Part shown: piece after piece, positions 1-9,233 of the stretch
Numbering within the stretch: the stretch's first letter is position 1
Layout of the letters: the number at the start of each line of letters is the position of its first letter
NCBI GenBank assembly: GCA_050953885.1
Contig: JBMNNJ010000002.1
Coordinates: 1-39,585, forward strand
From: Patescibacteria group bacterium
GTDB taxonomy: Bacteria; Patescibacteriota; Microgenomatia; 0-14-0-10-38-17
Reading direction: 5' to 3'
Length of the DNA stretch: 39,585 bases
Notes under the pieces: generated by a model
What the model saw: the letters and a program-made list of their open reading frames with translations, nothing else
What the model was told of the DNA's origin: nothing
Database searches by the model: none
Program-made: the position numbers and the translations under genes

Positions 1-7
1 ATGACCT

Positions 8-57
8 TATTCGCTCATTCGCGTCTATTCGTTTTTTCATTCGTGTTTATTCGCGTC
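8..57. repeat. ~50-bp ATTCG-periodic element, copy 1
   Basis: tattcgctcattcgcgtctattcgttttttcattcgtgtttattcgcgtc; related copies at 5251-5300 (inverted), 9009-9058 and 38871-38920. Confidence 0.85.
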
Positions 58-59
58 TT

Positions 60-1127
60 TTATCTTCCCACCTTAAACTCCACCACCTCTTGGCCCATAA
101 ATTCATAATCTTTCCCCTCAAAACGGGTTTTGCCCAAATTCCGACATTTACTCCAACCGCCAAACTTAACAAAATCATCAAGACTAACAATCTCCGCCTT
201 AATAAAATTCTTTTCAAAATCAGAGTGAATCACTCCCGCCGCCTGTGGCGCTTTGGTACCCTTTGCCACGGTCCAAGCCCGTGCTTCTTTCTCACCGGCG
301 GTATAAAAACTCACTAAGCCTAAGTTTTTGTAAGCCTCTTTAATTAAAAGTTCCAAGCCTGATTTTTCCACTCCCAAACTTTTAAGATACTCTTTCTGCT
401 CATCGGCTGATAAAAGCGCCAGCTCCGCCTCGGTTTTGGCACAAATTAGCAAGGGTTTAAGGTCGGCAAATTCTTTTTTAATCTCCTCTTCTTTTTGATA
501 ATCCTCTTCATTGATATTTAAAACCACCAAACTGGGCTTGGCCGTGAGAAGAAAAAGATTTTTAATCGCTTCTTTTTCTTCCCGGCTCCAGGGAAAATCG
601 GCTACCCCCTTGCCTTGATTTAATAACGCCGCCGCCTTTTGCGCTATTTGGTGTCGGAAAACCTCTTCTTTATTCTCCGGATGAACCTTTTCTTCTAAAG
701 TCCGCTCTAAAGTTTCCAAGTCCTTTAAAATTAACTCGGTTTTTAAAATCTCCAAATCTTGGCGAGGGTCGCCCGCGCCCACATTTTCCACATTAGCATC
801 AAAAAAAGCGCGCAGAACATAACAAATTAAGTCTACCTCCCTGATGTGGGCCAGAAACTTGTTACCCAAACCTTCGCCTTTGGCCGCGCCTTTCACCAAA
901 CCGGCAATATCGACAAACTTCACCACCGCCGGCACAATTTGCTGGCTTTGCTCTATTTTGGCCAAAACCGGCAAATTCTCATCCGGCACCGCCACCACCC
1001 CGGTGTTGGGCTCAATGGTGCAAAAAGGATAATTCTCCGCCCGGGCAATTTGGCGCCCCAGAAGAGCGTTAAAAAGCGTCGACTTGCCCGCGTTTGGTAA
1101 TCCCACAATTCCCACCGAAAGAGACAT
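60..1127 (-). CDS. ychF: Redox-regulated ATPase YchF (Obg family)
   Basis: GIVGLPNAGKSTLFN, NYPFCTIEPN, DIAGLVKGA..GEGLGNKFL and C-terminal TGS (AAGVIHSDF) motifs. Confidence 0.97.
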   Translation of the reverse strand: MSLSVGIVGLPNAGKSTLFNALLGRQIARAENYPFCTIEPNTGVVAVPDENLPVLAKIEQSQQIVPAVVKFVDIAGLVKGAAKGEGLGNKFLAHIREVDLICYVLRAFFDANVENVGAGDPRQDLEILKTELILKDLETLERTLEEKVHPENKEEVFRHQIAQKAAALLNQGKGVADFPWSREEKEAIKNLFLLTAKPSLVVLNINEEDYQKEEEIKKEFADLKPLLICAKTEAELALLSADEQKEYLKSLGVEKSGLELLIKEAYKNLGLVSFYTAGEKEARAWTVAKGTKAPQAAGVIHSDFEKNFIKAEIVSLDDFVKFGGWSKCRNLGKTRFEGKDYEFMGQEVVEFKVGR

Positions 1128-1136
1128 CTTGAGGTT

Positions 1137-1164
1137 ATTTTACTCCCAAAAGCCCTAAACGCAA
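1137..1164 (-). promoter_or_regulatory. Putative sigma70 promoter of ychF
   Basis: minus strand TTGCGT-16 nt-TAAAAT, 9 nt before the ATG. Confidence 0.5.
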
Positions 1165-1202
1165 AATCCCGAGGTGTTTATTTTTTGCTAAACTAATTAG
1201 CG

Positions 1203-1517
1203 ATGAAGAAAAAAGGCTGGTCGCAAAAAGTAACCCAGACAAGCTTTTCTTTAGATCTTGAGGAAGGAGTTTTCACCTGGAAAGACCCCAAAAAAATTGC
1301 CGCTTCTCTAAAGCAGTCCGCCGAGGCAAGCTCCCGCCGCAAAGCTTCCCCTTTCCAATCGGCGATGAGCATGCTCAATTTTTACATCAACCGCGCCGGT
1401 AAAAAACTTGACCCCAAACAAAAAGAAATTTTAGAAAAAGCCAAAGAAGAATTGCGAAAACTCTTCGGTAAACCAAACCGCTTAGATCGCTCCGCCAAGC
1501 AACGACAATCCCTATAA
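1203..1517 (+). CDS. DUF3175 family protein
   Basis: WSQKVT...LDLEEGVFTWKDPKKIAASLKQSAEAS.RRK.SPFQSAMSMLNFYINRAG signature; extended -10 TG-C-TAAACT at 1186-1194. Confidence 0.85.
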   Translation: MKKKGWSQKVTQTSFSLDLEEGVFTWKDPKKIAASLKQSAEASSRRKASPFQSAMSMLNFYINRAGKKLDPKQKEILEKAKEELRKLFGKPNRLDRSAKQRQSL

Positions 1518-1598
1518 TAATTTAAAAGAAAATGTCCTTTTTATCTCTGAAATGCCTTAGAGCATTTCAGAAAATTTAAAAAAGACGGGGCTATCAGC

Positions 1599-1624
1599 CT
1601 TAAAATACTATGTAGTATTTTAAG
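1599..1624. promoter_or_regulatory. Palindrome with TACTATGTAGTA core (possible operator)
   Basis: cttaaaatacta-tg-tagtattttaag; same core recurs at 23808-23819 and 26701-26712. Confidence 0.4.
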
Positions 1625-1709
1625 ATAAGAAAAGTGTCGTTTGCTAGAGGGCTTATATCTATGTTTATTCTTACGGCTGGGACATAAGTAAGATTTAACG
1701 GCACTAGTT

Positions 1710-1918
1710 TGGAATAGCACAGTTCCCGCCAGAAGCGGACAGGTATAGCACGCTTGTTTTTGTGCAGACTAAAGTCTGCTACTCCAAAAACAAAATGGAA
1801 TAGCACACTCTAGGGCGCACTTGTTTTTGGCGCGGACTGAAGTCCGCTATTCCAAAACAGAGTAGGGACGATTCACGAATCGCCCGCTTAGGAATAATTC
1901 ATCCCAATATGCGGGCGC
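1710..1918. repeat. REP/REPIN-like palindrome cluster
   Basis: two tandem units tggaatagc...ttgttttt...g(c)ggactgaagtccgctattcca followed by GTAGGGACGATTCACGAATCGCCC. Confidence 0.75.
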
Positions 1919-2113
1919 TATAATCTGCTAAGTATTAAATTGTTCGCCACTCTATCACCCCGCGCCAAATTATCTTATAATCGATGTGGATTCAAACTAA
2001 AAATCAGCTTTCACACCTATCCATTTCATTGTCTTGCGAAGCATTTTTAAATAAACTTTCTCTAAATCTATCTTATATTTATCCTTTCCAGACTTCTTCT
2101 ACCAATGACCAGA

Positions 2114-2142
2114 TTGACAAGGGTGACAAATAATAATAAACT
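2114..2142 (+). promoter_or_regulatory. Sigma70 promoter for the 2177-2947 gene
   Basis: TTGACA-17 nt-TAAACT. Confidence 0.65.
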
Positions 2143-2176
2143 AAGCCAAAATTTTAAGAATAAAATATCTCCCATT

Positions 2177-2947
2177 ATGATTTTTGCTTTTCCCTACCAC
2201 GACCCCGAGGCAAAATTTAACGCTCTCTTTGAAAAAAATTTTGACAATTTTGAGAAAAATTTTGATAAGGTGTGTATCAGTGTTACTCCGCCTACGGCAA
2301 AAAACAACGTTGAATTTATCAAGAAGTTAAAAAAGAGAGGGTTTAAATTAATTGTTAACACCGACAAGTCTACAGTGGGCGACCACTACCGCAATGCCTT
2401 AAAGCTCGGAGCCCGGTATTGCCAAGAAAACGAAAGAATATTTTATGGGTTTCTTGACCGGGTTATTTTTGACCTTGAAACTAAATGGCAATCTCCTTTT
2501 CTTAAAGATCTTAAAAGAGCTGAAAACAAAGATTTTCTAATTTTTGAGCGTTCTGTTCCCGCTTGGAAAACTCACCCGGCAAATTACCGGGAAATCGAAC
2601 AGATTGTTTCTCGTGTCTTTGAATTATTAAGCGGCAAAAACTTTGAATTAAACCCCTGCGCCTTTTTAATTAATAAAGCTATAAGCGAAAAAATCCTTAA
2701 GGAGTCTAAAAGCCCCGGTTGGGAAACTTTAGGAGAGTGGATTTTACTGGCAATTAGCAATAAGACAAAAATAAGGAGCAAAAAAGTAGATTGGCTGGCA
2801 TGGGAAGATCCTTTTTGGGAAAAAGCTAATCCAAACAGCTTGAAAAAATTACGCGAGCAAAGCAAAGAAGAAACAATTAAACGGATAAAATCTAATACTC
2901 CTTTTCTTTCCTTACTTACCGAGGAGAGATTTAAACATTGTTTTTAG
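2177..2947 (+). CDS. Hypothetical protein, possibly glycosyltransferase-like fold
   Basis: open ORF; start moved from 2105 to ATG 2177 because a promoter lies inside 2105-2176; fold guess is weak. Confidence 0.6.
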   Translation: MIFAFPYHDPEAKFNALFEKNFDNFEKNFDKVCISVTPPTAKNNVEFIKKLKKRGFKLIVNTDKSTVGDHYRNALKLGARYCQENERIFYGFLDRVIFDLETKWQSPFLKDLKRAENKDFLIFERSVPAWKTHPANYREIEQIVSRVFELLSGKNFELNPCAFLINKAISEKILKESKSPGWETLGEWILLAISNKTKIRSKKVDWLAWEDPFWEKANPNSLKKLREQSKEETIKRIKSNTPFLSLLTEERFKHCF

Positions 2948-3050
2948 TCTATTTGCCGGGGTTATAGAAACAAAGCCTGTCTTAGCTCACATTATTTTTC
3001 CTCGAAATGGTTCTTGTTAGATCAAAATAGGCGCTCCTCAAAATAATAAA

Positions 3051-3125
3051 GTAGGGGCGATTCACAAATCGCCCACCAGGAATAATTCACCCCAATATGC
3101 GGGCACATCGTGATGCGCCCCTACA
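3051..3125. repeat. GTAG-type REP doublet (REPIN-like)
   Basis: GTAGGGGCGATTCACAAATCGCCC ... GGGCACATCGTGATGCGCCCCTAC, inverted pair. Confidence 0.8.
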
Positions 3126-3142
3126 TTCCGGCACAAACTGCC

Positions 3143-3715
3143 CTATTGGCAAACGCCGCTCCAAAAGCCCTTGCCTTCTTCCCGCGCCTTTCTTTCCGCC
3201 TCCAAAAAAAGCTCCTGATATCTTACGTCCGGCGGGAAAGTAACCGCATGGGCAAAGCCCTCCCGCACCAAATACTCATTAACAAAAATCCCCTCCACCC
3301 AAACATAACGCAGAAGCCGGCCGTATTGATCGGTTTCGGAAATATCCTTTTCCATTTCAATTTGCTTTCCTTCTACCAACTTTTTATTTTCCAAAGAGGC
3401 TTCTTTACCGAAACACTGAACCGGTTTTTGAGGATCCACTGTTTCCGGCGTGTCGATACCAATATAACGTACTCTTCGACCGTCTTCCAATTCAATCGTA
3501 TCCCCGTCAATTACTCTTATCACTTTCACTTTCTCTCTTTCTTGACTGCCCAGCGAAGGAGTAGATAATTTTTTCTCAACCGGCGCCACCGTCGGCGAAG
3601 GAGAAACTTCTTCAAGGTTTTCTTCCGGCCCGGCCAAAAAAGAAGCCAAAAGCAAGAGAAAAGCGGCGAAAAATAAAAAGAAATTTCGTTTCAATTTTTC
3701 CTGGCGCTTGGTCAT
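3143..3715 (-). CDS. Membrane-anchored thermonuclease (SNase-like)
   Basis: N-terminal hydrophobic anchor; RVIDGDTI, VRYIGIDTPE, DQYGRLLRYV motifs. Confidence 0.93.
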   Translation of the reverse strand: MTKRQEKLKRNFFLFFAAFLLLLASFLAGPEENLEEVSPSPTVAPVEKKLSTPSLGSQEREKVKVIRVIDGDTIELEDGRRVRYIGIDTPETVDPQKPVQCFGKEASLENKKLVEGKQIEMEKDISETDQYGRLLRYVWVEGIFVNEYLVREGFAHAVTFPPDVRYQELFLEAERKAREEGKGFWSGVCQ

Positions 3716-3835
3716 TTCGGGAAAGAACTTTATCTTAATTTTACCCTTTTTTTAGTTTTTCTGCCGCCACTTTTTCCGGTCATATTTGGCAACATCTGGA
3801 AAAATTAGGAAATATTTGGTAATATTTAATTAACG

Positions 3836-4825
3836 ATGTTAATTCCTCCTAAGTATTTTTTGACCCCAGAAATCACCCAGCGGCTTCAATCTATTGAAGG
3901 CAGTAAAGAGGTGATTAACAGCCTTGAAATTCCTGCCGAAATTGAAACCAAGATCAGAAGAAAATCAACTTTAAAAAGTTCTCTTTTCTCCGCCCGCATT
4001 GAAGGCAACCCCCTCACTTTAGAAGAACTTCAAAAAACACCCTCGTCTGATCAGCGGAAAAAAGAAGTTTTTAATGTTTTGCGAGGCCTTAATTGGGTTT
4101 ATAAAAGAGGCTCAAGGGACTTAAGTGTTAAAAATATTCTTGATTTGCACCAAATCGCAATGAAAGACTTAATTGACCAAGGCGCCCTGGGAAAATTCAG
4201 AAACGAAACCACCGCTATTTTTAACACCAACGGCATTGCCGTTTATCTGCCGCCGCCGCCCCGAAAAATTCCCTCTTTAATTAAGCGGCTTTTGAATTTT
4301 ATTAATTCCGACAAAGAGCCTTTCGTGCCTATTCGCGCCTGCTTAGCCCATTATTCTTTTGAAAAAATCCATCCTTTTTTTGACGGCAACGGCCGTGTTG
4401 GTCGCCTGCTTCTCCAGGCCGTTTTGGTAAAAAGCGGTTACGCCATGAAGGGCCTCTTGGCGATAGAAGAAAATCTTGACCAAAAGCGCCCGCAATATTA
4501 TCGCGCTCTTGACGAGCCGGAAAAAGATGTTAGTGCTTATTTAGAATTTATGCTGGCAATTATTGACCAAGCGGCAAGAGAGGCAAAAGAAGAAGTGATC
4601 AAAAAACAACAAGGAACAGCCGAGGATTTTCTTCTTCCCCGCCGCGCCGAGATTTTAAGCATCATTCGCGACCATGAATTTGCTAATTTCGACCTCATCA
4701 GACGAAGATTCCTGGCCGTTAACGAAAGAACTCTGCGTTATGATCTTAAAAAACTCATTGATTTAGGCTTAGTTAAAAAACTTGGCGCCACTAAAGGAGT
4801 TTACTATCGGGCAATCAAAACTTGA
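3836..4825 (+). CDS. Fic family protein with C-terminal winged HTH
   Basis: HPFFDGNGRVGR Fic motif; SARIEGN inhibitory-type motif; RTLRYDLKKL HTH. Confidence 0.93.
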   Translation: MLIPPKYFLTPEITQRLQSIEGSKEVINSLEIPAEIETKIRRKSTLKSSLFSARIEGNPLTLEELQKTPSSDQRKKEVFNVLRGLNWVYKRGSRDLSVKNILDLHQIAMKDLIDQGALGKFRNETTAIFNTNGIAVYLPPPPRKIPSLIKRLLNFINSDKEPFVPIRACLAHYSFEKIHPFFDGNGRVGRLLLQAVLVKSGYAMKGLLAIEENLDQKRPQYYRALDEPEKDVSAYLEFMLAIIDQAAREAKEEVIKKQQGTAEDFLLPRRAEILSIIRDHEFANFDLIRRRFLAVNERTLRYDLKKLIDLGLVKKLGATKGVYYRAIKT

Positions 4826-4920
4826 CCCCCCCTACCAGTATCAAAAAAATATAATCCGCTATCATAGGAAAGTTGGCATTATCTCCCCTTGTTTACCTTA
4901 AAAACTTTGGCAATTAAGAA

Positions 4921-4946
4921 AAAAGCCCCGAGCAATCGGGGCTTTT
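4921..4946. terminator. Bidirectional intrinsic terminator between fic and hup
   Basis: aaaagccccga-gcaa-tcggggctttt with T-tracts on both strands. Confidence 0.85.
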
Positions 4947-4954
4947 AAAACATT

Positions 4955-5227
4955 TTAGCGCACCGCCTTTTTTAGGCTGTGACCCGGTTTAAAACGCGGG
5001 GCGCGATGAGAAGCCACCTTCACCCGCTCCTTAGTCCCAGGCACCACCACTTCCTTATCTTTAACCGTTACCGTTCTGAAGGTACCGAAACCGGAAAGAA
5101 CCACTTTTTCTCCCCGACCCAAGGCCTTCTTAATTTCTTCCAAAAAAGTGTCAATCACCTGACGGCTTTCTTTTTTAGTTACCTGCGCCCGCCGGGCCAC
5201 TTCTTCAATTAATTCTTTTTTAATCAT
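4955..5227 (-). CDS. hup: HU family DNA-binding protein
   Basis: KELIEEVA...GEKVVLSGFGTF...PRFKPGHSLKKAV; strong SD GGAGGT upstream of ATG 5227. Confidence 0.93.
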   Translation of the reverse strand: MIKKELIEEVARRAQVTKKESRQVIDTFLEEIKKALGRGEKVVLSGFGTFRTVTVKDKEVVVPGTKERVKVASHRAPRFKPGHSLKKAVR

Positions 5228-5250
5228 TTTTCCCACCTCCTTCCTTAGAA

Positions 5251-5396
5251 ACACGAATTAACGCGAATGAAAAAACGAATTGACACGAATGAGCGAATAA
5301 TTGGCGCGAACTGAAGTTCGCTACTCCAAAGAAAAATGGAATAGCGCACTTTAGCGCGCGCTTAAAACCATGCGGGCGTATGCAATACGCCCCTAC
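5251..5396. repeat. Composite repeat tract: CGAAT-periodic element plus REP-like palindromes
   Basis: 5251-5300 is the inverse of 8-57; 5303-5362 matches the 1710-1856 family; 5372-5396 is a GTAG-type REP. Confidence 0.8.
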
Positions 5397-5420
5397 AAAA
5401 TCACCAATTTCTAATTTTTT

Positions 5421-6680
5421 TCACCCTTCTGCCGGTAGCGTAATTTCCTCCCTTACCTCCCGAATCACCGTCACCTTAATCTGGCCTAAATAATCGGCTT
5501 CTTTTTCAAGTTTTTGGGCAATTTTATAAGCCAGCACCTTCGCCTCATTATCGGAAATTTCTTCCGGCTTAACCATCACCAAAACTTCTCGCCCCGCCTG
5601 ATAAGCAGCCACATCAGCCACCCCAGCAAAGCTTTTGGCAATTTCCTCAATCCGCGTCATTCTTTTTACATAATCCTCATGAGCTTCATAGCGAGCGCCG
5701 GGCCTTGAGCCGGAAGCGGCATCGGCAATCCAGGTAATCACCGACTCAACCGTTGAAAAAGGCTTATCCTCATGATGTTCGGCCACACAGTTAATCACCT
5801 TTTCCGGCAAACCATATTTTTTCAAAAGCTCTACCCCCAGCTGAACATGCGAACCCTCTTTTTCCGTCACCACCTTGCCGATATCATGAAGAAGACAACC
5901 TAAACGCACCACCTCAACGTCGGCTTTAAGCTCATGGGCTAGCGCCACCCCGATTTTAGTTTCCTCAAGGGTGTGAACAATCATATTCTGGCCAAAAGAG
6001 AAACGAAACTTAAACCGGCCTAAAATGGAAACTAAATCCGGGGCAAGATGATAAACGCCGGCCTCGTCGCAAAGCTCTCTGCCAGCCTCAAAAACAATTT
6101 TTTCCACCTCTTCTTTAGTTTGCCGCACCACTTCTTCTATCCGCGGCGGTTGAATCCGGCCATCGCGAATTAACTTTTCCAACGCTCGCCGCGCCACTTC
6201 CCGCCTTAGCGAATCAAATGAGGAAAGGCGAATTTCTCCCTCCTCCTCAAAGCTCACGTCCACTCCGGTTAAGCGCTCAAAAATCCGAATATTGCGGCCC
6301 TCGCGGCCAATCACCTTGCCTTTAATCTCCTCAGAGGGAATTTTTATGGAAGAAACGGTATACTCGGCCACAATATCCGTCACTCCGTGTTGCATCTCGT
6401 CCACCAAGATCTGGCGCGCCTTTTCCTCGGCCGTCAATTTAATCTCTTCTTCCGCCTCTTTAACGCGGCGGGCAATATAAGAAGTCAGCTCTTTCTCAAC
6501 TTTTTCCAAGACAATTTTTTTTGCCTCCTCGGGAGTTAAACCTGAAGCCTGATTAACTTTTTCTTCCCAAGCGCTTTTTAATTCCTCAATCTCTTTTTCC
6601 CTTTTTAAAAATTTCTCTTCTCGGGATGATATGTTTAATTGAGAAGCTTGTAAATCATTATTATCTGATTTTGAAACCAT
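5421..6680 (-). CDS. rny: Ribonuclease Y (KH + HD domains)
   Basis: KGKVIGREGRNIR KH motif; LLHDIGK HD motif; SGSRPGAR; AYQAGREV. Confidence 0.95.
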   Translation of the reverse strand: MVSKSDNNDLQASQLNISSREEKFLKREKEIEELKSAWEEKVNQASGLTPEEAKKIVLEKVEKELTSYIARRVKEAEEEIKLTAEEKARQILVDEMQHGVTDIVAEYTVSSIKIPSEEIKGKVIGREGRNIRIFERLTGVDVSFEEEGEIRLSSFDSLRREVARRALEKLIRDGRIQPPRIEEVVRQTKEEVEKIVFEAGRELCDEAGVYHLAPDLVSILGRFKFRFSFGQNMIVHTLEETKIGVALAHELKADVEVVRLGCLLHDIGKVVTEKEGSHVQLGVELLKKYGLPEKVINCVAEHHEDKPFSTVESVITWIADAASGSRPGARYEAHEDYVKRMTRIEEIAKSFAGVADVAAYQAGREVLVMVKPEEISDNEAKVLAYKIAQKLEKEADYLGQIKVTVIREVREEITLPAEG

Positions 6681-6711
6681 TATTGTTAATTTTTAAATTA
6701 CGTCCCTTATT

Positions 6712-7335
6712 TTACCCGTTTTCGCCTCTTTCGTCAACCGCTTTTTTAACCACCTCCCAAGAAAATCCTCGCCGCCGCAAGTAGGCAATTAATTTTTCTT
6801 TCTTCTCCCGCCCCCAAAAAGAAGCATACTTCTTCTCGGCTTTTGCCAACGCTTTTTTGGCTAATTTTAGTTCTTCTTTTTTGCCCGGCAAAACCAGATC
6901 AATAATCTCCTCGTTAATACCTTTTTGACACAGTTCTTGCCTTAAAGCATAGCTTCCTTTGGGCCGAAAGGTTTGCCGCTGTTCTAAAAACCAGCGGGCA
7001 AATTCCAGATCGTCAATTAGTTTTTCTTCCTTAAGCTTTTTAACAATCTTTTCCTTTTCTTCTTCTCTTAATCCTTTTTTACCAAGATAATCGCGAATTT
7101 CTTTTTCCGAACGGGGGCGGTAGGAGAGAAAACGATAAGTCTGCTCTTGGGCCCTGCCAAGCCTGTCTTTAGTAACCAATTCTTCCGTCTTTTGGGAAGA
7201 AAGCTCCTGGCCCACTTTCAATCCCTCCCTGACCAGAAGTTCATTGCTTATGGCAAAGCCAAACCGACCATCAAGATAAATGTTAAAACGATTTTTTCTT
7301 TTTTCCTGGGGTTTAATCGCGGTAATTTGAAGCAC
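6712..7335 (-). CDS. recX: Regulatory protein RecX
   Basis: ITAIKPQ..RFNIYLDG, LSYRPRSEKEI, YLRRRGFS; immediately downstream of recA. Confidence 0.92.
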   Translation of the reverse strand: MLQITAIKPQEKRKNRFNIYLDGRFGFAISNELLVREGLKVGQELSSQKTEELVTKDRLGRAQEQTYRFLSYRPRSEKEIRDYLGKKGLREEEKEKIVKKLKEEKLIDDLEFARWFLEQRQTFRPKGSYALRQELCQKGINEEIIDLVLPGKKEELKLAKKALAKAEKKYASFWGREKKEKLIAYLRRRGFSWEVVKKAVDERGENG

Positions 7336-7406
7336 GATAAGTTTATTGCTGCAAACTTTTTTTCCTTAGAAACCCTAAATAAGCCGAAATCTGCTCCTCA
7401 ACCTGT

Positions 7407-7576
7407 TTCAATCTCAAATCTCAAATCGCAAATGTTAAAATTACAACGCAAAACGCAAAACTTTAAGAATAAAGACAAAATCGCAACTTAAAAACACAAA
7501 CAATAAATTTTAAATCTTTTTTTAGTTTTGAGTTTTAAGATGTAGTTTTGAGTTTTGAATTTTGCGTTTTGAGTTT
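7407..7576. repeat. Heptamer-periodic inverted-arm module
   Basis: (tctcaaa/cgcaaaa)n left arm, (ttttgag/ttttgcg)n right arm. Confidence 0.75.
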
Positions 7577-7609
7577 TTCAACTTAAGCTTTATTATTCAG
7601 GCTTTAAAA

Positions 7610-8629
7610 TTATTTGTTATCTTTCGTCTTTTGAGTCTGGGCTTTTAACTTTCCCTCAATTTCCGTCATCACTTTCGGGTTTTCTTCTAAAAATTTTTTC
7701 GCCGCTTCTCGGCCTTGGCCTAAAATTCCTTCCTGATAGCGATAAAAAGCGCCGCTTTTTAAAACCACTCCCTTCTCGACGGCCAAATCCAACAAATCAC
7801 CGCTTTTGGAAATGCCCCCCTCGTTCATAATGTCAAACTCCACCACTCGGAAGGGAGGGGCCACCTTGTTCTTCACTACCCGTACCCGATGACGGGAACC
7901 AATTACCTCCTCGCCTATTTTAATTGTCCCAATTTTTCGCATATCAAGGCGCACCGAAGAGTAAAATTTTAAAGCCAAGCCGCCGGGAGTGGTTTCTGGA
8001 TTACCAAACATCACCCCAATTTTTTGGCGAATTTGATTGGTAAAAATTACCGCTGTTTTGCTTTTGGCAATGGCGCCGGTTAACTTTCGCAGGGCCTGGG
8101 ACATCAGCCGTGCCTGCACTCCCATCATCGAATCCCCCATCTCGCCCTCAATTTCCGCCCGCGGCACCAAAGCGGCCACCGAATCCACTACCACCACATC
8201 CAAACCGCCGGAACGAACCAGTGTCTCCACAATCTCCAGCGCCTGCTCGCCGGTATCGGGCTGGGAAATTAATAAATCATCAATGTTAACGCCAATGCCT
8301 TTCGCCCGTTCAGGATCTAGGGCATGCTCGGCGTCAACAAACGCGGCCATGCCCCCTCTTTTTTGCGCCTCGGCAATCACGTGAAGGCAAAGAGTGGTTT
8401 TCCCCGACGCTTCGGGGCCAAAAATCTCCGTCACCCTCCCCCGGGGAATGCCCCCCACCCCCAAAGCCAAATCAAGAGAAACGGAACCGGTGGGAATCGC
8501 TGGCACCGCCGCCACCCCCTCACTTCCTCCCAATCTCATAATCGCTCCTTTGCCGTACTGTTTCTCAATTTGCTCAATAGCTAATTTTACCGCTTCTTTC
8601 TTCGCCGCTTCCTGTTTTTTATCATCCAT
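7610..8629 (-). CDS. recA: Recombinase RecA
   Basis: [45 protein letters not shown]; likely ATG at 8629. Confidence 0.99.
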   Translation of the reverse strand: MDDKKQEAAKKEAVKLAIEQIEKQYGKGAIMRLGGSEGVAAVPAIPTGSVSLDLALGVGGIPRGRVTEIFGPEASGKTTLCLHVIAEAQKRGGMAAFVDAEHALDPERAKGIGVNIDDLLISQPDTGEQALEIVETLVRSGGLDVVVVDSVAALVPRAEIEGEMGDSMMGVQARLMSQALRKLTGAIAKSKTAVIFTNQIRQKIGVMFGNPETTPGGLALKFYSSVRLDMRKIGTIKIGEEVIGSRHRVRVVKNKVAPPFRVVEFDIMNEGGISKSGDLLDLAVEKGVVLKSGAFYRYQEGILGQGREAAKKFLEENPKVMTEIEGKLKAQTQKTKDNK

Positions 8630-8719
8630 AACAAACCCATTTTGACACAAAAGTTATTAAAAAACAAGAACCAACAACTGTTATATTACTAAAGAACACA
8701 AACAGGAAACGAAAGAATA

Positions 8720-9058
8720 AATCAAAAATCAAAATGCAAAAGGCAATCCGCCAGCTGGCGGACAGAATCGATCTTCAATTTTCAATTTTTCCACCCAAGG
8801 CGGATCAGCCTTTGGCGGACATTTCTCAATTTTCAATCAATTTACATTTAGTCAATGACACAATTTTCAAATAAAACAGCCTTAAGAAAAAGGGAAATAA
8901 AAATGAAAATTAAACAAATGAAAATTCAATGAAAATTGTAAATTGTAAATTGAAAATTAAAAACAGATCCTGATTTCCATCAGGATGACGTTTACGGCAG
9001 GGTAACCTTGTTCGTTCATTCGCGTCTATTCGTTTCTCATTCGCGTTGATTCGCGTGT
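8720..9058. repeat. Composite repeat tract (heptamer arms, TCCGCC-GGCGGA palindromes, GTCATCCTG-type palindrome, ATTCG element)
   Basis: tccgccagctggcgga 8747-8762; ttttcaa/ttgaaaa arms; gatcctgatttccatcaggatgac 8966-8989; ATTCG copy 9009-9058. Confidence 0.8.
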
Positions 9059-9083
9059 TTTAACAATTTATAATTTCCGTCTA

Positions 9084-9092
9084 TGTTATAAT
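9084..9092 (+). promoter_or_regulatory. Extended -10 promoter of tRNA-Tyr
   Basis: TG-T-TATAAT 10 nt before the tRNA 5' end. Confidence 0.6.
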
Positions 9093-9102
9093 TAAAACCA
9101 AT

Positions 9103-9187
9103 CCAGGGGTGGCAGAGCGGCCAATTGCACTGGTCTGTAAAACCAGCGGGTTTCCCTTCGTAGGTTCGAATCCTACCCCCTGGACCA
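9103..9187 (+). tRNA. tRNA-Tyr(GTA) with C1:G72, A73, encoded CCA and 13-nt variable arm
   Basis: CCAGGGG/CCCCTGG acceptor stem; CTGGT-CTGTAAA-ACCAG anticodon arm; GTAGG-TTCGAAT-CCTAC T arm. Confidence 0.97.
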
Positions 9188-9233
9188 AAAAGCTCCAAAT
9201 CCCAATCTACCAACCGTCGGACAGGATCAAAAA

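Noticed and set aside
1710-1860. Possible CRISPR array (repeated tggaatagc / ctccaaaa units)
   Set aside because: Only two units, inverted-repeat structure, no unique constant-length spacers and no cas genes; fits REP/REPIN.
2105-2176. N-terminal extension of the 280-aa ORF
   Set aside because: Contains a near-consensus TTGACA-17-TAAACT promoter; ATG 2177 is the more likely start.
7147-7491. 114-aa plus-strand ORF (also 26855-27058 and 1600-1806)
   Set aside because: Antisense to recX or reading through periodic intergenic repeats; no protein-like features.
8660-8712. LexA box upstream of recA
   Set aside because: GAAC half-sites are present but no complete GAAC-N4-GTTC or other dyad I can support.
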